NCBI RefSeq assembly: GCF_018977255.1
Contig: NW_024704742.1
Coordinates: forward strand, 54,996,001 to 55,060,000
Direction of reading: 5' to 3'
DNA: 64,000 bases
Source of the DNA: Callorhinchus milii
Taxonomy: Eukaryota
Under the pieces are notes generated by a model. The model made no database searches and was not told where the DNA came from. It saw nothing but the letters and a program-made list of their open reading frames with translations. A program made the translations under genes and the position numbers. Shown piece after piece: positions 1 through 14,256 of this stretch. Position 1 is the stretch's first letter. Each line of letters begins with the position of its first letter.

Positions 1-303
1 TTCTAGAGGAAGGTACAAATGCCAGCAATTCAGCCAAGGAGAAAAAATACAATCAGGTCTCACGTTTGTACTGGTTACTGAATACAGATTTAGAAACAAT
101 GTCAGGAAAAACTGAGCAAACACCTAGTAGTGAGAATAAGAATCCTAAATTGAGCCTGAACAAGTCCACTTCATCCCTGACTTTAGCATTGGAATTCCAT
201 GCCTTTACTTCTTCGCCTCACCCCCACTTTATTTATATTTAAATCCCACATGAAAACTTAACGCTTCAACCACACCTATGGTTATACCCCCTTTACCTTG
301 CTG

Positions 304-1035
304 GATTCCTGTAGAGTAGTGGTTGGAGCCCGTAGAGTAGTGGTTAGCACGCCTGCCTCGCAATGAGAGGACCTGGGTTTGATTCCTCAGCGGACAAAAC
401 CATAGGCAAATTTTTTACACCACACAACTCTGTTTACCTAGCAGTAAGTAGGAACCTGGTTATTAGTCAATTGGCAGAATGTTTTCCGGGGGTAATAATC
501 CCTCCCCCTTCAAAAAATGTGGTTACAACAACAACAACAACAAGATTACATTTGTATAGCGCTTTTCACGTCGGGAGGACGTCCCAAGGCGATGGACAGA
601 GTACAACATTTCAGACCCAACCTGGAGTCAGGGAGGGAGAAGGGAGGGGAGGGGAAGGGGGGTCGCCGATGGCATGGTTGAAGAGGAGGGTCTTGAGGCG
701 CAACTTGAAGGAGGCTAAGGAGGGGGTGAGGCAGAGTGATTGGGGAATGGAATTTCAGATGTTGGGTCAGAGTGGCTGGAAGGCTCTCCTGCCAATGGTG
801 GGGTGGGTGGGTCGGGGGACGTGGAGCAGGCCGGAGCCAGCTGAGCGGAAAGAGTTGATAGGGGGTTAGGAGGTCACAGAGGTAGGGTTACTCAATCCAC
901 AACTGTTCGTGGGACATATTTGTGCACAATTGGCATTTCACCCACAAAATACACAGTCAATTCACTTTACAATATATTCTGAAGTACTTTGAGACGTTTC
1001 AATGACATGATAAGGCAAATGCAAGAATTATTATT
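304..1035 (+). mobile_element. tRNA-derived SINE split by an L2 insertion
   Basis: tRNA-like head with A/B boxes, a family body that resumes at about 892, and a (TTA)n tail. Confidence 0.8.
527..885 (-). mobile_element. L2 3' fragment inserted into a SINE
   Basis: Highly similar to 17830-18170, with a (CAA)n tail on the + strand and GGTTAC on both flanks. Confidence 0.85.
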
Positions 1036-1477
1036 ATCCTTGCTTGATGTCCAAACCTGCCATTGTATAACTCTCTGAGATGTTATTGTACATGAAGGCC
1101 ACAAAATAAATGCAAGTTTTGCTGCTGTCCAATCAATCATAACTTTACTATGAGACTCAACAGTATATAAACAGTGACAAATGGACACTGGAAACTAATG
1201 ATCCAAATTCAATCTAACGTGCTCCAAAAGCAGATCCCTTTAAAGAAGTTAAGTCGCGTGAAGATAAAAAAAATTAATGAGTTTTGTGCTCATCTGCAGC
1301 TGCAATGAGACAATCAGAAGCTGAAAATCTGTCACTTTAATTAGAAAATCTTATGCACCTAAACAACAAAATCTCAAAACCTATGTAACATTGAAAAAGT
1401 GTATACAAGTGTGCCAAAAGGTTTATTACATATCCTCCCACAAATATTGTGCGAGCAAAGCATGTAATAATAATAAT

Positions 1478-1836
1478 GTTTAATAATAATCCTTACATTT
1501 GATATAGCGCCTTATCACGTCTTTGAGATGTTTCAAAGCGCTTCACAGAATACATTGTGAGTGAATTGATTGTATTTAGTGGGCGAAACGGGACAGCTAA
1601 TTGCGCACAGCAGGTCCCACAAACATTCATGGATTGAGTGACCAAATTATTATTATTTTCTTCTCAAGGGATTATTACTCACGGAAAAGCGATCTAGCAA
1701 TCGACTAACAACCAGGGTTGCTAACTCTGAGGTAAACAGAGGTGTATGGAATAAGACAATTTGCATAAGGTTTCTTCTTGCCCGGGAATTAAACCCGGGT
1801 CCTCACAGCGAGTGCTCAAACCAATACAGGGCTCCA
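1478..1836 (-). mobile_element. tRNA-derived SINE
   Basis: Reverse complement of the family seen at 25536. Confidence 0.85.
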
Positions 1837-1928
1837 CAAATATGTCCATAAACCCTTCTCATACGTAAAGGTAGAATCCTTCCCACATGTAAGTGCAGAG
1901 CTGATACTTCTCATTTACAAATGTGAGA

Positions 1929-2320
1929 TGATGCAAACCATCCAAGAGATGGTTCTTGGAGCAGTGTAACTTACTACAAGGCCCCGCCTGCCTCTATGCC
2001 CACCGCGGCAGGGCTGACCTGCTCTTGGGGCCCTGCTGTGCAGCTATAAGATAGGAGGCGCAATTCCTGTAGAGTTACAAAGCGTAGTTTTGTAGTTTCA
2101 TTGCACTTTAAAAGATAATAGTCTCAGTTGACTTTATATGAAGATGTCCACCTGCAACTTGGAAATGAAGCATCAAGTTAATGTATACAGCCTGAAACTC
2201 AGTGCAAAAGGGAAGTATCCCACTACACTTCATTGTCAACGGTCCTTGCTTGTTTGTTGTTTGAGAAGGGTTTGTATGTGAGAGAATCCACATGCTGCAT
2301 GCTCTACACCTATGGTAAGT
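1929..2320 (+). promoter_or_regulatory. Candidate distal promoter and non-coding first exon
   Basis: TGATGCAAA at 1929, GC box GCCCCGCCT at 1981 and TATAAGA at 2045 in a locally GC-rich non-repeat patch, followed by a consensus donor ATG|GTAAGT at 2315. Motif evidence only. Confidence 0.4.
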
Positions 2321-5300
2321 GTTCAGTGATTAACAAGGCAGAGCTAGACAAACAGATATGTGTGGATACATTGATTTTGTTGTTACAAGACAGAACACTG
2401 CAGCAATTATTTCAAATGCATAATATGTGGCAACTCAAATAAAAACAGTACTAAAACCATGTGGACTTACTTCTTGTTTGTTGGAGGAGACTTTCAAACA
2501 GCAGTTCATCACTGTACTTGCTTCATGCCTTTTCTTCACAAATACTTTGCTAGGAACTGACGTTTGTGGTTTGATTTTGGCTTTGCAATAAAATTTGCAA
2601 ATTAATTTCATGTATCGATTTCATCAAGAAAGTTTACTCTTGAATTGACCATGAGTACAGTTGCAGATTTGTTCTTGTCGAACGACTTTTACAGAACAAC
2701 GCACATCTTTGCAAAACAATGTTGGTGCATATTTATGAGATTAACATCTGGTCTCCTGGGGTTTATTTGGTTCTCTGTTTTCCTCCCTTCTCTTTTGAAG
2801 ATGCTGACTCATGCTGGTTTGGTGGTTCAACGTGTGCATCTCTAATGCAGTGTTGGAGATGCGCTGGCACTATTCTCCCTTGTGATTCGCCCGATGTCCT
2901 GGTCGACGATCCCCAAAATAAAATCGATCACTCATTTCATGGATGTTTGTGGGACATTGCTGTGCACAATCGTGCTGTCGCATTTCAATGCCTCGGTACG
3001 TCCTCCTGATATGAACGACGCTACATAAATGCAACATGTTGTTGTTTTTGTTTCACCCACAAACACGCAGTCACTGCACTTTACAGTATATCCTGTGAGG
3101 TGCTTTGAGACATGGTTACGGCATGATGAGGCGCTATATCAAATGCAAGGATTGTTATTATTATTATTATTATCATTATTATTATTATGATGTCAGGTGT
3201 TTGTAAATAAGAAAGGATACCATCATGGAACTAATGACCTAATGTTCCCTGCTCTGCAGCTGTGGAGTGCAGCAGATTCACGTCCGAGTCCAGTCAGTAA
3301 GGCCAAAGTGTCACTTAACTTTTGTACAGCCAGCTCATTCCAAAAACCTACTGGAGATTTTGTTGTAATGAATCAGTATCTAGTGACTGTGCTTTTGCCC
3401 AGGTGGCCAATACACTGTGTAGAAGAGGCCAAAAGTACATTGTACTGTATTTAGTAAAGATCAAATGACTTACCTGAGAAGATTATACTGTTTCAGGAGT
3501 CAGATTCATGCCCGTGGCTATGCGTGCACCTACTGCAAATGTCCTTAGCTGTTGAATCACACGGCCTGCTTCATGTCCCGCACCCGGCCCTGCCCGCACC
3601 ACCATCAGCTGTTGGGCCTTCAGCCTCTCTGCCCCAACCCTCTGGAATGCCATCCCACAGCCTCTTCGCCTCTCACCCCCTCCCTTACAGTCACACCACT
3701 TTACAGTATATTCCGTGAAGCGCTCCAAGGCGTCTCGATGACGCGATAAGGCGCTATATCAAATGGAAGGATTATTATTATTAATAATCCCTCAAAAAAA
3801 ATTTGGTCATTCAATCAACAACTGTTTGTGGGACACTGCTGTGCACAATTAGCTGTCGCGTTTGGCTCACAAGACACACAGTCACTACATTTTACAGTAT
3901 ATTCTGTGAAGCGCTTTGAGGCATCTCAAAGATGTGATAAGGCGCAATATCAAATGGAAGAATTATTTTTGTTATTATTTTTATTATTTATCGGATTTTC
4001 AAATGTCTTGTAGGTAAAAATTCCATTCAGAGTTACACACATCGTCCCTGGGATTTCCAATTCGAGTAGCCCATCGACTAAGGAGCTGCACCTAACACTG
4101 AATGGAATTTTTACCTCTTGAGTCCTACACTACAGTATTACACACAGGGTGCAACTATCCATTCGGCCATCGGAAGGCACCATGGAGCTGTTTTATTCAG
4201 TGCCACAAATATGGCCACAAAGCATATAATAATCCTTGCAAAAAGCATATAAAGACAGCAATAAGCATTTCAGAATTCTTCTTCTGGAATTTTGATCCTA
4301 TTCTATTGAAAAGTGAAAAGCATTACTCAATGCCAAATGTAAAAGGTTACTAACAGCAACCTATGTTGTCTTCAACTTTTCCTAAGTTCCAAAGAGACAC
4401 GTAAAGAGTTATGTGCTAAAAAAAATAACGTTCCACGCATTTCAAGAATCCCACTATTTAGGGGAGTCAAACAAAATCTTTGAAAAATCTACACTATATA
4501 TGGACCTTTCTAGTTCCAGTGAATTTCAGTGGATTGCATTAAAAGACATTTGTTGGAGGCTGTCCAGTTTCCTTGTTGACTGAAGCGTTAGAACCTGAGT
4601 TATCACAAGTTTTAGGTTTTATTCTCAGCTGTTGCTAAATCTAGCTCATACTTTCTCCCTCTGTTACTTTTGCTCACCGACTTCTGTTCAGTGTTTATCT
4701 GCAAAGTATATGCAGATAAACATTTTCAGATGTACTTCATACATCGGCATTTTAAAGATTGAAATGAGTAACAATAATTATCCTTGCATTTTCAAATCCA
4801 AGGATAGTTCGTATTGCTCATTTCAATATTTTAAAACATTTCAAAGTTGCTTGCAGGGTTTTACCATGAAGTCTAAAGTCTGTCTATTTGCAGGCAAATG
4901 CGGCAGCCAAGCTGTGCCTAGCAATATTCAGTTATAAATCAAACTATTGAAATAAAATGTAATAAAGCATTTAATGTTCTGGTTCTACAGCATCTTAGTG
5001 CAGAGAACAAAACCGATTTTAAACAAGGGACAGATTTATGATCTGGTTGAAGTAGAAGTGGACTTTTCTTAGTTTTACAACCCCAGAAAATGTTTTGAAA
5101 TGTTTAACCCAGGTGGCTTCCCATTTCCTCACTCTATTGTCAGAGTCTGTCATCGCTCCTGTTGCCTGTCTTTTTAAAGCATAAAAATCTACTGTGATTG
5201 TTAAAATCCTTACATGAGTATGAAGGGAGAGGGTGAACTCCAAAGACTGTAATCAATCATAATAATAATCTTTACATTTGGCATAGAGCATTTCATGTCA

Positions 5301-6663
5301 GGAGGACGTCTCAAAGTGCTTCACAGGATTTACTGTGAAATGCAGTGATTGTGCATTTTGTAGGCAAAAGCAGCAGGCAATTTGCACAGAGCAATGTCAC
5401 AAACAGCCATGAAGTGAACCAAGATAAGAATTTGAATACATTATTCATGGATTTGTGTATTTATTTACTTTAAACCATGATGTATAAAAGGTACTTGAGG
5501 ATTGGGGAAAAGATCAAATAATAAAAATGCTGAAGAAAGTTGGGTAGTAAGAGAGTCTTAGATCTCACAGGAGACATCCTGAGAAAGGTCTCAGGTTTTC
5601 AGTAAGGTGTAACTTTGGACATTGTATGTGAAATATTTTAGTTCTGTTTCTTATTATTTATTTCTTGTTTTTAATTTGTGAGGACATTCCACAAATTCTG
5701 TTCTGATTTCATTTCACTTAGTTTATTAATTTCCTTCTTTTTTGCGTGGGCTGATATCTGAGGATGCACAGAGTTCACCCAGGTATAATGTTTGTCTTCT
5801 CTATTCATCCAAAAGCTCTATGGACATATACAGGTTCTCCTTAAAGTGGAGGTCACCATTTTGTGTCCTTTTTTACAAAATTCATGCAATCCCACTAAAC
5901 AAAATGCAAAGGAATATCCTATTAACATGTTGACAAGCCTGAATAGAAAATTACATTCTCGAATGAAATAACTTTAAACAATAACAGAACATCTATCCCA
6001 TGTCCCATTTTAGGGTAAAGAAAAGTTTGAACTCAGATGTAAAATTGTAATCCTTGTCTAATCTAATGAACCGTTATTTAAGTACAGTGGAAACTCACTA
6101 ATAAGATCAGCAAACCGACTGAGGAATTTTGACCACATTAACGGGTTGACCTCACAAGTGAGGTTGAACTGCTGAACCATGAAATATTATTTTGAAAGCA
6201 AAAAAGATTACTTTGATGAATTGACCACTCTTCCTGCTTGTATAGCTCAGTTCCACACTGAACACTGACCAAAAAAATTTGGACACTCAATTCACAACTG
6301 AGTGGGACACTTTGCACGCAATTGGCTGCCGCATTTTGTCATAAAATTAAACGTTACAATATATTCTGTGAAGCACTTTGAGACATCTCAATTAAGTGCT
6401 AAGGCACTATATGAAATACAAGGATTATTATGATTATTATTGCCCCTACTAGTTGAACCATTGGGTGAGTTAGAAACATAGAAACAGACATTTTCCTTCA
6501 GAGAAAGCAGCAGCAACAACAACAGCTGTACTGTCAATCAAGGAGACAAAAGATCACAACACAAATTCAGATGAAGAAGACTTTGGCACATTTGATCTCA
6601 ACCCTCAGGTGTCTTCATTAAAAGGTGAATTTAAAATTACATTTATTTGGTGTGAAATATTCA

Positions 6664-7400
6664 ACAATACCAACAACTTGCACTTATGTAGTAGAGTCTC
6701 AGAGCGCTTAACAGTGGCGGAGCCTGGCTCTGAGCCGGGTGGTGGGGGAGGTGGCCGTAAGTACGGCAAAAAGGAAGGTTTTAAGGCAAGACTTGAAAAA
6801 GGGGAGAGAGGGGGCAAGGCGGAGGGATTGAGGGAGAATGTTCCAGAGTTTGGGGATTTAGTGGCTGAGAGCGCAACGTCCAATGGTGGAGTGGACGGTG
6901 CGAGGGACAAGTAGGAGGCCGGTGCCAATCGAGTGGAGGCGCAGGGAGGTGGATTGAGGAGTGAGGAGGTCGGAGAAGTAGGGAGGTGCTAGTGAAGCGA
7001 TTTGAACACTTTGAATTTGAATTGAGTGTAAGGATCTCGAAGTTGATCTGTTCGGTGATGGGGAGCCAGTGGAGCCTGACCAGAACTGGGTACAGAGTTT
7101 GGTCCGGGTCAGTATGCGGGCAGCAGAGTTCTGAATGAGCTGGATCTTTTGAATAGTGGAGCTGGTGAGACGGCGAGGAATGCATTTGTGTAATCCAGGC
7201 GGGAGGTGACAAACGCAAGCGAAGGTTTCAGCTGCATTTGGAATAAGGTATGGTCAGAGGTGGGCAATGTGGCGGAGGTGGAGGAAATCGGTCAGGGACC
7301 GAATGTATTGGAGGAAGGGCAGCTGAGGGTCGAACCGGAAGCCTAAATTGCACATTGGTTCGGTGAGTGTGAGGGAGAGCTCAGGGAGGTTAAGGAGTTT
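6664..7400 (-). mobile_element. L2 LINE 3' fragment
   Basis: The minus-strand translation includes LHWLPITEQINFEIL, typical of the L2 ORF2 C-terminus, and there is a (CAA)-type tail. Confidence 0.85.
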
Positions 7401-9169
7401 AGGGATTTCATGAAAAAGTGATCATTTGATCATATTGATCACCTTGCCTTAACACTTGTTAGCATTATCAACAAATAAATAACACATTATGAAAATTTAT
7501 ATTTTATTTACTATAAACTTTGTGTGACATTTCATTCACTGATGAGTCAAATGCTCATTTGGTACTACAAGTAAGGCTTCCATGGAGTTGCATTTTTGCT
7601 TTGGTTTGAAGCATTTCTTCTAACCGCAGTTACAGTTCGTAAAGCCTTGTCCACCACAAAGGCTGCAATGACAGCTTCACAGAGTGATACTGACTTCTCC
7701 TGTTTACGTAGGTTTCTGTTAACAATCGTTGTGGGCAGAGGTCAAATTGGTTCCTGGAATAGTGACCCCTCAGGATACCGGCCTTCACGGCTATCCTGTG
7801 CAGTATATAAACTGTGCATTTCGCCCACAAATATACAGTCAATTCACTTTACAGTATATTCTGTAAAGTGCTTTGAGACGTGTAGAAGACATGAAAAGCG
7901 CTATATCAAATGTAAGGATTATTATTATTATTATTATTATCCTGTACTGGTCAAAGTCTAACTCTCTATTAATGGTAACACCAAAGATGTTCCTCGGATC
8001 CGCTCTACCCTGTCCACTGCTGGGATCACTTTTTCACTAAATCCCTGATTCCTAATTTCAGTGATTTCATGTTTCACAATTGTTCTGAAAATTTCAGGGA
8101 TTTCACAAACTCGCTGGTTTCAAAACTTTACTGCAACATGTAGAGAATATTCCTTGAAAGTATTAGTTCTGATTCCCATCACTTTCAGATGCTGATTATC
8201 ATATCTGTTCGACTGTTTGTTACACACAGAATATATCCCAATGGACTTATTACTAAAAACCCATTCCTTCCTTGAATTTCAGGTTGTTGCTGAACCATAA
8301 ATTTGTTGCCAGTCATGAAATTGTTTAACTAACAGTGGATTTTATGACTGCCAATTAATACTAGAGTCCATGACCCCTTTTGCAGATTATTTTTATGACA
8401 TTCTAAGTTGAGAGTCTGACCTCTTGCAACAAAACATACACATCATGTCAATATTGCACAAGACATTGATGTTTAAAACAGATAACTGGACATTTGAAGA
8501 AAAATATTTAACAGAATCTCTGCATAGGTACATTTGTGTGTTAGGGGATTCTAACCCTTGCTCCAGATGTATGTATCCCTTTGACTACACTTTGGGTCAT
8601 TTATTTCCCCTTTACAACCTATTCATTCATTCCCATTCATTCCCTAACTCAAAAGCTCAGACAGCTGTGTAAAGCATTTTGAGATGTCTCCTGAAACAAA
8701 AGGTGTCAAATAAATGTAAACTATTTTGTATTTCCAGCACCTTGGGACGTCCTTCCGACATGAAAGGTACTATGTAAATGTAATTTTGTTGTTGTTGTTT
8801 TAACCTTATGGATCTTCATCTTATTCCCAGAATAAATCCCATCAAGTGGAAAAAGGTGGACTTTCCAATCAAAAATCTGATCTGAACAAATAGCTCCCCA
8901 TCATTTATACATATTCGATTCCTGCGAACATTTTCACGTTTACAATAAATGCAGTTATAGTAAAAGTGTAAATGAGATTTTAGTTTGCTTATTTTCATGC
9001 ATTTAATTATATGTATGCAATGCCTAGTTTCAATCAAACTAGGTAGGAAAGCTGGTCTATAGTAACCTTGCATATATGTCACAATTCTAAACAAAGGATT
9101 TTGTAGTAATGTGTCTATGAAGTGCACAGCTCTCAGTTTTCTATTGGAGTTTTAATATTAGAATGAGCT

Positions 9170-9552
9170 ATGAGTAATGATGACAGCTAGAACTGTTCAG
9201 TCTTGAGAGAAAATCACTCAGAGGGAACCTTACAGAAATGGATAAACATTTCAATGGGATTGAAAGAGTAAATCCAGAACAGTACTTTAGAATGTACCAA
9301 AAAGAGGTCGTAGGTTTAGAATTGGAAAGGTCAATTTCAAGACAGATGCTGGGAAGTTTTTCTTTAACCGGAGGATAATTAATGATTGGAAAATGTTGCC
9401 AAGAATGGTGGTTGAGGCCAAGACACTGGATTCATTTAAAAAGCAGTTTGTTCGCTGTCATGGGAGAACATTAGGGTGGGTATTCTGGAACAATGCAATC
9501 AAATGGACCTAAAGGCCTTCTTCATCCAAACTAGTCTTGTGATCTTGTGAAT
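9170..9552 (+). mobile_element. CR1 LINE 3' fragment
   Basis: agagggaaccttacagaaatg...gtttttctttaaccggagg...ggttgaggc and a (tcttgtga)n-like tail. Confidence 0.75.
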
Positions 9553-10249
9553 GCATAATTTTGCTGCTACTGCTACCAATTGGTGTCAACGTAGGTTGCA
9601 CTTTTCCAATTTTTTCAATCATAATGCTTCATTCCAATGTAAAATAGATCATGAATCCTCTGTTTTTTTGTGGAATTAATGACCTCTATTTTTACAGAGG
9701 TACAACCTTCCTGCATATGTTAGAAATAGGTTATTAAACCAAGATTAATAAACTATTTCTAACATATTTAACCAATGTATTAAATGATGTAGATCTGGGT
9801 AATGATTTGTACACCATCAATAAAGATATTACCATTTACAGTGCTCAATTAAACAATAAAGCAATTAAGTAGTTCAGACTGAATTTCTATACCTATTTAG
9901 TCCTGGTATTTAAAAGAACATATCGGCAATAATACCTGTATTCATCTGATAGCCGGCCAACATTATACAGTTGAAAATTGGTTTTAATATTTCTATGCTC
10001 TTCAATCAAGGCTAATTCTTGTTACACTGTGTCAAGCTGATGAGGAGCTCTGAGGCTGGTGCAACAACTGCTGGAAGCCATTACCTGGAGTCCGAGTTTG
10101 TGAACACGCAGCAGCTGTTGCTGAAAATGCTCTCACTTATTTCATGCTGAGCTGTATTGCTCACCAGGAAGCTTGCAGGGAGTGACTAGTACTTATCATC
10201 CACCTAGTGAGAGCTTAAACCAATGCTTGTTGGATGTTAAATGAGCCAA

Positions 10250-10542
10250 ACTTCTGTGAAGTGCATTGACTGTATACTTTGTGGACAAAATGCGGCAGCC
10301 AATTGCACATAGCAGTGTCCCACAAACAGGCATGGATTGAGTGACCAAATTATTATTATTTTTATTGAAGGGATTATTACCCCCAGAAAAGCAATCCACA
10401 AACCGGGTTCCTACTTATTGCTAGTTAAACAGAAGCGTGTGGAGTAAGGAAACTTGTCTTAGGTTTCACCCTGCTTGGGAATCGAACCCAGGTCCTCTTG
10501 CTTGTGAGGCGAGTGCCCTAAGCAAAATGCTGCAGGACTTCA
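10250..10542 (-). mobile_element. tRNA-derived SINE (tail truncated)
   Basis: B box gggaatcgaaccc plus the family body. Confidence 0.8.
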
Positions 10543-11055
10543 CAGATTTGAAGGGGCAGACCAGTCACTGACAGCAGAGACTCGGGGACAAGTAGCAGGA
10601 AAACTCGCCAAGCACTGCTCTCAATGGCAGGACCCAACATAGATGTTGGGTACCCCAATCCTTGGATCTACAACCTGAGCCTAATACTTCCTGGAATTAG
10701 GTAAGCAGGATCAGTCTGCATGTTCAGAAATGCTAAAAAAAAAGTCTGACGGGGCCAAGGCAGAATGTCTCTCTTCAAGCTTTTTAAGGCTTTTCCCTGA
10801 TGGGATGAAGCTAAGATTAACATTAAAAACGGCATGAAGTGGAATCCACACCAAAAGTTAAAAGCTTTTAAAGGGTCGAGTCTCATCTATTAAAAACAGT
10901 CAAATATTTACCACCTAATAATTTTGAACAGGACTGGTTTGCTTAACCAGTCATGAATCTGCAAATATAATTCTAGCGAGTCTGTTTTGGTATGAGCAAA
11001 ATTGAATTTGACTATATCTGGTTGAAATCTGATGAAAGTCTGTAGAAGGTATAGT

Positions 11056-11320
11056 AATAATAATAATAATAATCCTTGCATTTGATATAGCGCTTTTCAT
11101 GTCTTCTAGACGTTTTAAAGCACTTCACAGAACATACTGTAAAGTGAATTGTCTGTATATTTGTGGGTGAAACATGGCAGCCAATTGCGCACAGCAGTGT
11201 CCCACAAGAAGTCGTGGATTGAAGTAAAAAAAATTTCTTCAGGGATTATTATTAGACATGTGGAGTAAGGAAACTTGCCCAAGGTTTCACCCGGCCAGGA
11301 ATCAAACCCAGGTGTCTCCC
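11056..11320 (-). mobile_element. tRNA-derived SINE
   Basis: (TAA)n tail and the family body in reverse orientation. Confidence 0.8.
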
Positions 11321-12329
11321 TTGAGAGATATAATGTGTGGGAGGCTGTGAGTTGCATCATTTAAGTTTGCAATGTGAATGGTGAATACACTTAAAAATTA
11401 TTTTAGTTTTGGAGGAAACTGTCAGAAATGCCTGACCTGAGAGCTTCGCCTCCAGGTCAAGATTGTCTTTTCTTTGTTAACTATTGAGAAAGGCTTTCTT
11501 CTGTGTGTGGGATTACCTCGAATAACCATTAACCTTTAAATTGAACATTTTTTGTTAGATTTCTCTTTAGCCTGTGCTCATGAATCCCTATTGTTCTATT
11601 CATCGGTGTAGTGTAGTTATCCAGCTGAAAATATCCAGAAGGCAAGTGAATTAAATATGGAAATTGTTAAATGTTAATTGCAATAGACATTACCCCATAA
11701 AAATGCACCAAGTGACAGGCTGACCGGCTTGTTTACTCCTGCCTATTCTCTTCCCCAATCTGCTGCTTAATTAATGTTTCATTCATTGTGTAATAATCTA
11801 TTACAGATACAATTATTCAAATTGGAGAACAAAAATTTAGTTTCTAATGACAGCAAATGTGGTTTTCTGGCCAATATAAATACAGCGCTACAAGCAATAA
11901 CGTGTAATATTTCTGCAGACAGGATGGTTCTGGACTATATGCTTTCGAAATGGGGTGGCAGATGGCTGCCACTTTGCTCACTGTACCTAATTCAAAAAGG
12001 ACTGAAATTCAGTGTGCTCTTGCTGACAGTGCGGTTTCCTGACATCTGACAATATTCTTATGCTCTTCTGCACATTTTATATTGCAACTTGATTGAGTAA
12101 AAACCTTTGCATCAGCTACATGCTGGCATGTTCCTTTCGATACTATATCTGATTATTGACCACTGAAAAGATTTAATTCAAGCTTCTAACTCTGCTCAAA
12201 ATATTGGGGCACATTGTGGCAACAATAACGAATTGAATTTACGTGGCATTTTTCACTTAGGATAGCATGTCAGACTGCTTCACAAGGACAGGATGGAACA
12301 CCAAGCTAGGGGGAGGGAAGAAAGGGTAT

Positions 12330-12760
12330 CTCCCAGCTTGTTGGCCTTCCCAACTCTTCCCTCCACAAGCTGCAGATCATCCAGAACTCTACAGCTCATG
12401 TCCTCTCCCGCACCAGGCTCCGTGACCCTTTTAGCTCCACCCTCGCCCGGCTCCACTGGCTCCCCATCCCCCAGAGGATAGAGTTCAAAATCCTTATCCT
12501 CGCCTTCAAGGTCCTTCATGGTCTTGCTCTTTTCTACATCTCTGACTTGCAAACTCCATAGCAAAGTGTCCACTCCCTCTGCTCAGCAGACTCCAGTCTG
12601 CTCCACATCCCCCGCCTATGCCCCACCCTTTGGAACTCCGTCCCATAGTTCCTTCACCATGCTTCCTCCCTTGCTTCTTTCAAGGCAGGTCTCAAGACCC
12701 TCCTCTTCCACCGCACCTTTGGCCGCCCTCCCACTCCTACCCTCCCTGCCCTCCGCTCTG
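12330..12760 (+). mobile_element. L2 LINE fragment
   Basis: HKLQIIQNS...LHWLPIPQRIEFKIL-type sequence; reverse complement of 17990-18350. Confidence 0.8.
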
Positions 12761-12902
12761 GCGGTGGTGACGTCATGCCCAGGGAACCTGAAAACTCGTT
12801 TGGATGGAGACTGATGGCTATTGGAATGTTGCTTTTGTTGTTTGCATGGTATTGTTTTGGTCATTTGCACCCCACAGGTAGCAGGAACTGTTAAAGGATA
12901 TT

Positions 12903-13330
12903 AAAGTTCAAGATCCTAGTCTTCACTTTCAAAGCCCTCCATGGTCTTGCTCACCTCTACCGCTGCGACCACCTAACCCCCTACCATCCTGAGTGCTCCC
13001 TCCACTCAGCGGGCTCCAGCCTGTTTCACGATCCCACTTCGCCTGCCGCACCATTTTCGCGCGGGCCTTCAACCACTCTGCCCCCACCCTGTGGAACTCC
13101 ATCCTGCAGTCCCTCTGTCTCGCCCCCTCCCTTGCCTCCTTCAAAACCCATCTCAAGACTCTCCTCTTCGACCATGCTTTTGATCACCCTGCTTCCCCCC
13201 CGCCCTCCAACCTCCCTGATCTCGATCCCCTGCTTGGGTCTGAAACACTGATTGTCCAGCGCCTTGGGATGTCCTCCTAATGTGAAAGGCGCTATACAAA
13301 TGTAATTTTGTTGTTGTTGTTGTTATTGTT
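12903..13330 (+). mobile_element. L2 LINE 3' fragment with (TTG)n tail
   Basis: Same family; ends in gaaaggcgctatacaaatgtaattttg(ttg)n. Confidence 0.85.
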
Positions 13331-14035
13331 GTCTGAACGAGGCCTGATTTACATAGAAACTTATCCTCTGTATGAATGTATTGTGTGAGCGTGAGGGTAC
13401 ACTGAAAAGGGAATAATTTGAGCAGGCAGCAAAATTGCACCTTGGAGGGACTTGTAACAAAGAAGTTGGTCAGCTCACTCCTCTGCTTAAACCGTATGGG
13501 CCAGCATTTTATGTATTATGATATCGACTTAACTTAAGGCTTTGGGGTGACATCAAAATATATGCTTGTGTCCATTAAATATTTTAAAGTTATTTTGAGA
13601 AGTGCGTATTTTAAATTTGTTAAACGGGATACTGGTTTTGACCTCTGGACTAGAAGAGCCCCAAATCTAATCACTGAAGAATTTGGTATAAAATACCATG
13701 CTCTGTTTCACAACACCCTGCTCGGATCCAAATCCCTGCCTTCCCAGTGTCTTGGAACGTCCTCCCGATATGGTCAACCAGGTAGGTTTATAGCAAGACG
13801 TGAAGACAGTTGGGAGGGGGAGCAAGATGGAGTCTTAATAATAGAGTGCTCTTAATAATACTTGCATTGATAGAGACTTATCACTTCGATGAAATGTGTT
13901 AAAGTGCTTCACTATATTTTGCACCCAGCAATGTTCCACACACAGCCCTGTAGTAAATGACGATTGTATCTGGAAGATTATTGGCCAGAACACTGGGAGA
14001 CCTAAAAGTGTAGTTGAATAATGTAGTACAGGAGT

Positions 14036-14054
14036 CTGTATGTGTGTGTGTATC

Positions 14055-14107
<53 letters not shown>

Positions 14108-14256
14108 GTCTGTGGTATGTCTCTGTGACTGTGTGTGTGTGTGTCTCTCTCTCTCTGTCTGTGAGTGTGTCTCTCTCTGAGTGACCGTGTGTGTGCGCGT
14201 ATCTTTTTCTCTCTCTCTGTCTGTGAGTGTCCCTCTCTGGGTGTCTGTGTCAGTGT
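14036..14256. repeat. Compound microsatellite (TG)n/(TCTG)n/(TC)n
   Basis: Directly visible in the sequence. Confidence 0.95.

Noticed and set aside
363..869. 168-aa ORF and similar GC-rich ORFs (6605-7218, 12280-13440, 36772-37188, 55836-56307, 63150-63742)
   Set aside because: They are read-throughs of SINE and L2 fragments, not host genes.
6083..6180. tacagtggaaactc... resembling a Tc1/mariner-type TIR (also about 44945)
   Set aside because: No convincing partner TIR or transposase was found.
7539..7560. Other CTGATGA boxes (7539, 10038, 11030) as hammerhead cores
   Set aside because: None is followed by a stem II plus GAAA arrangement.
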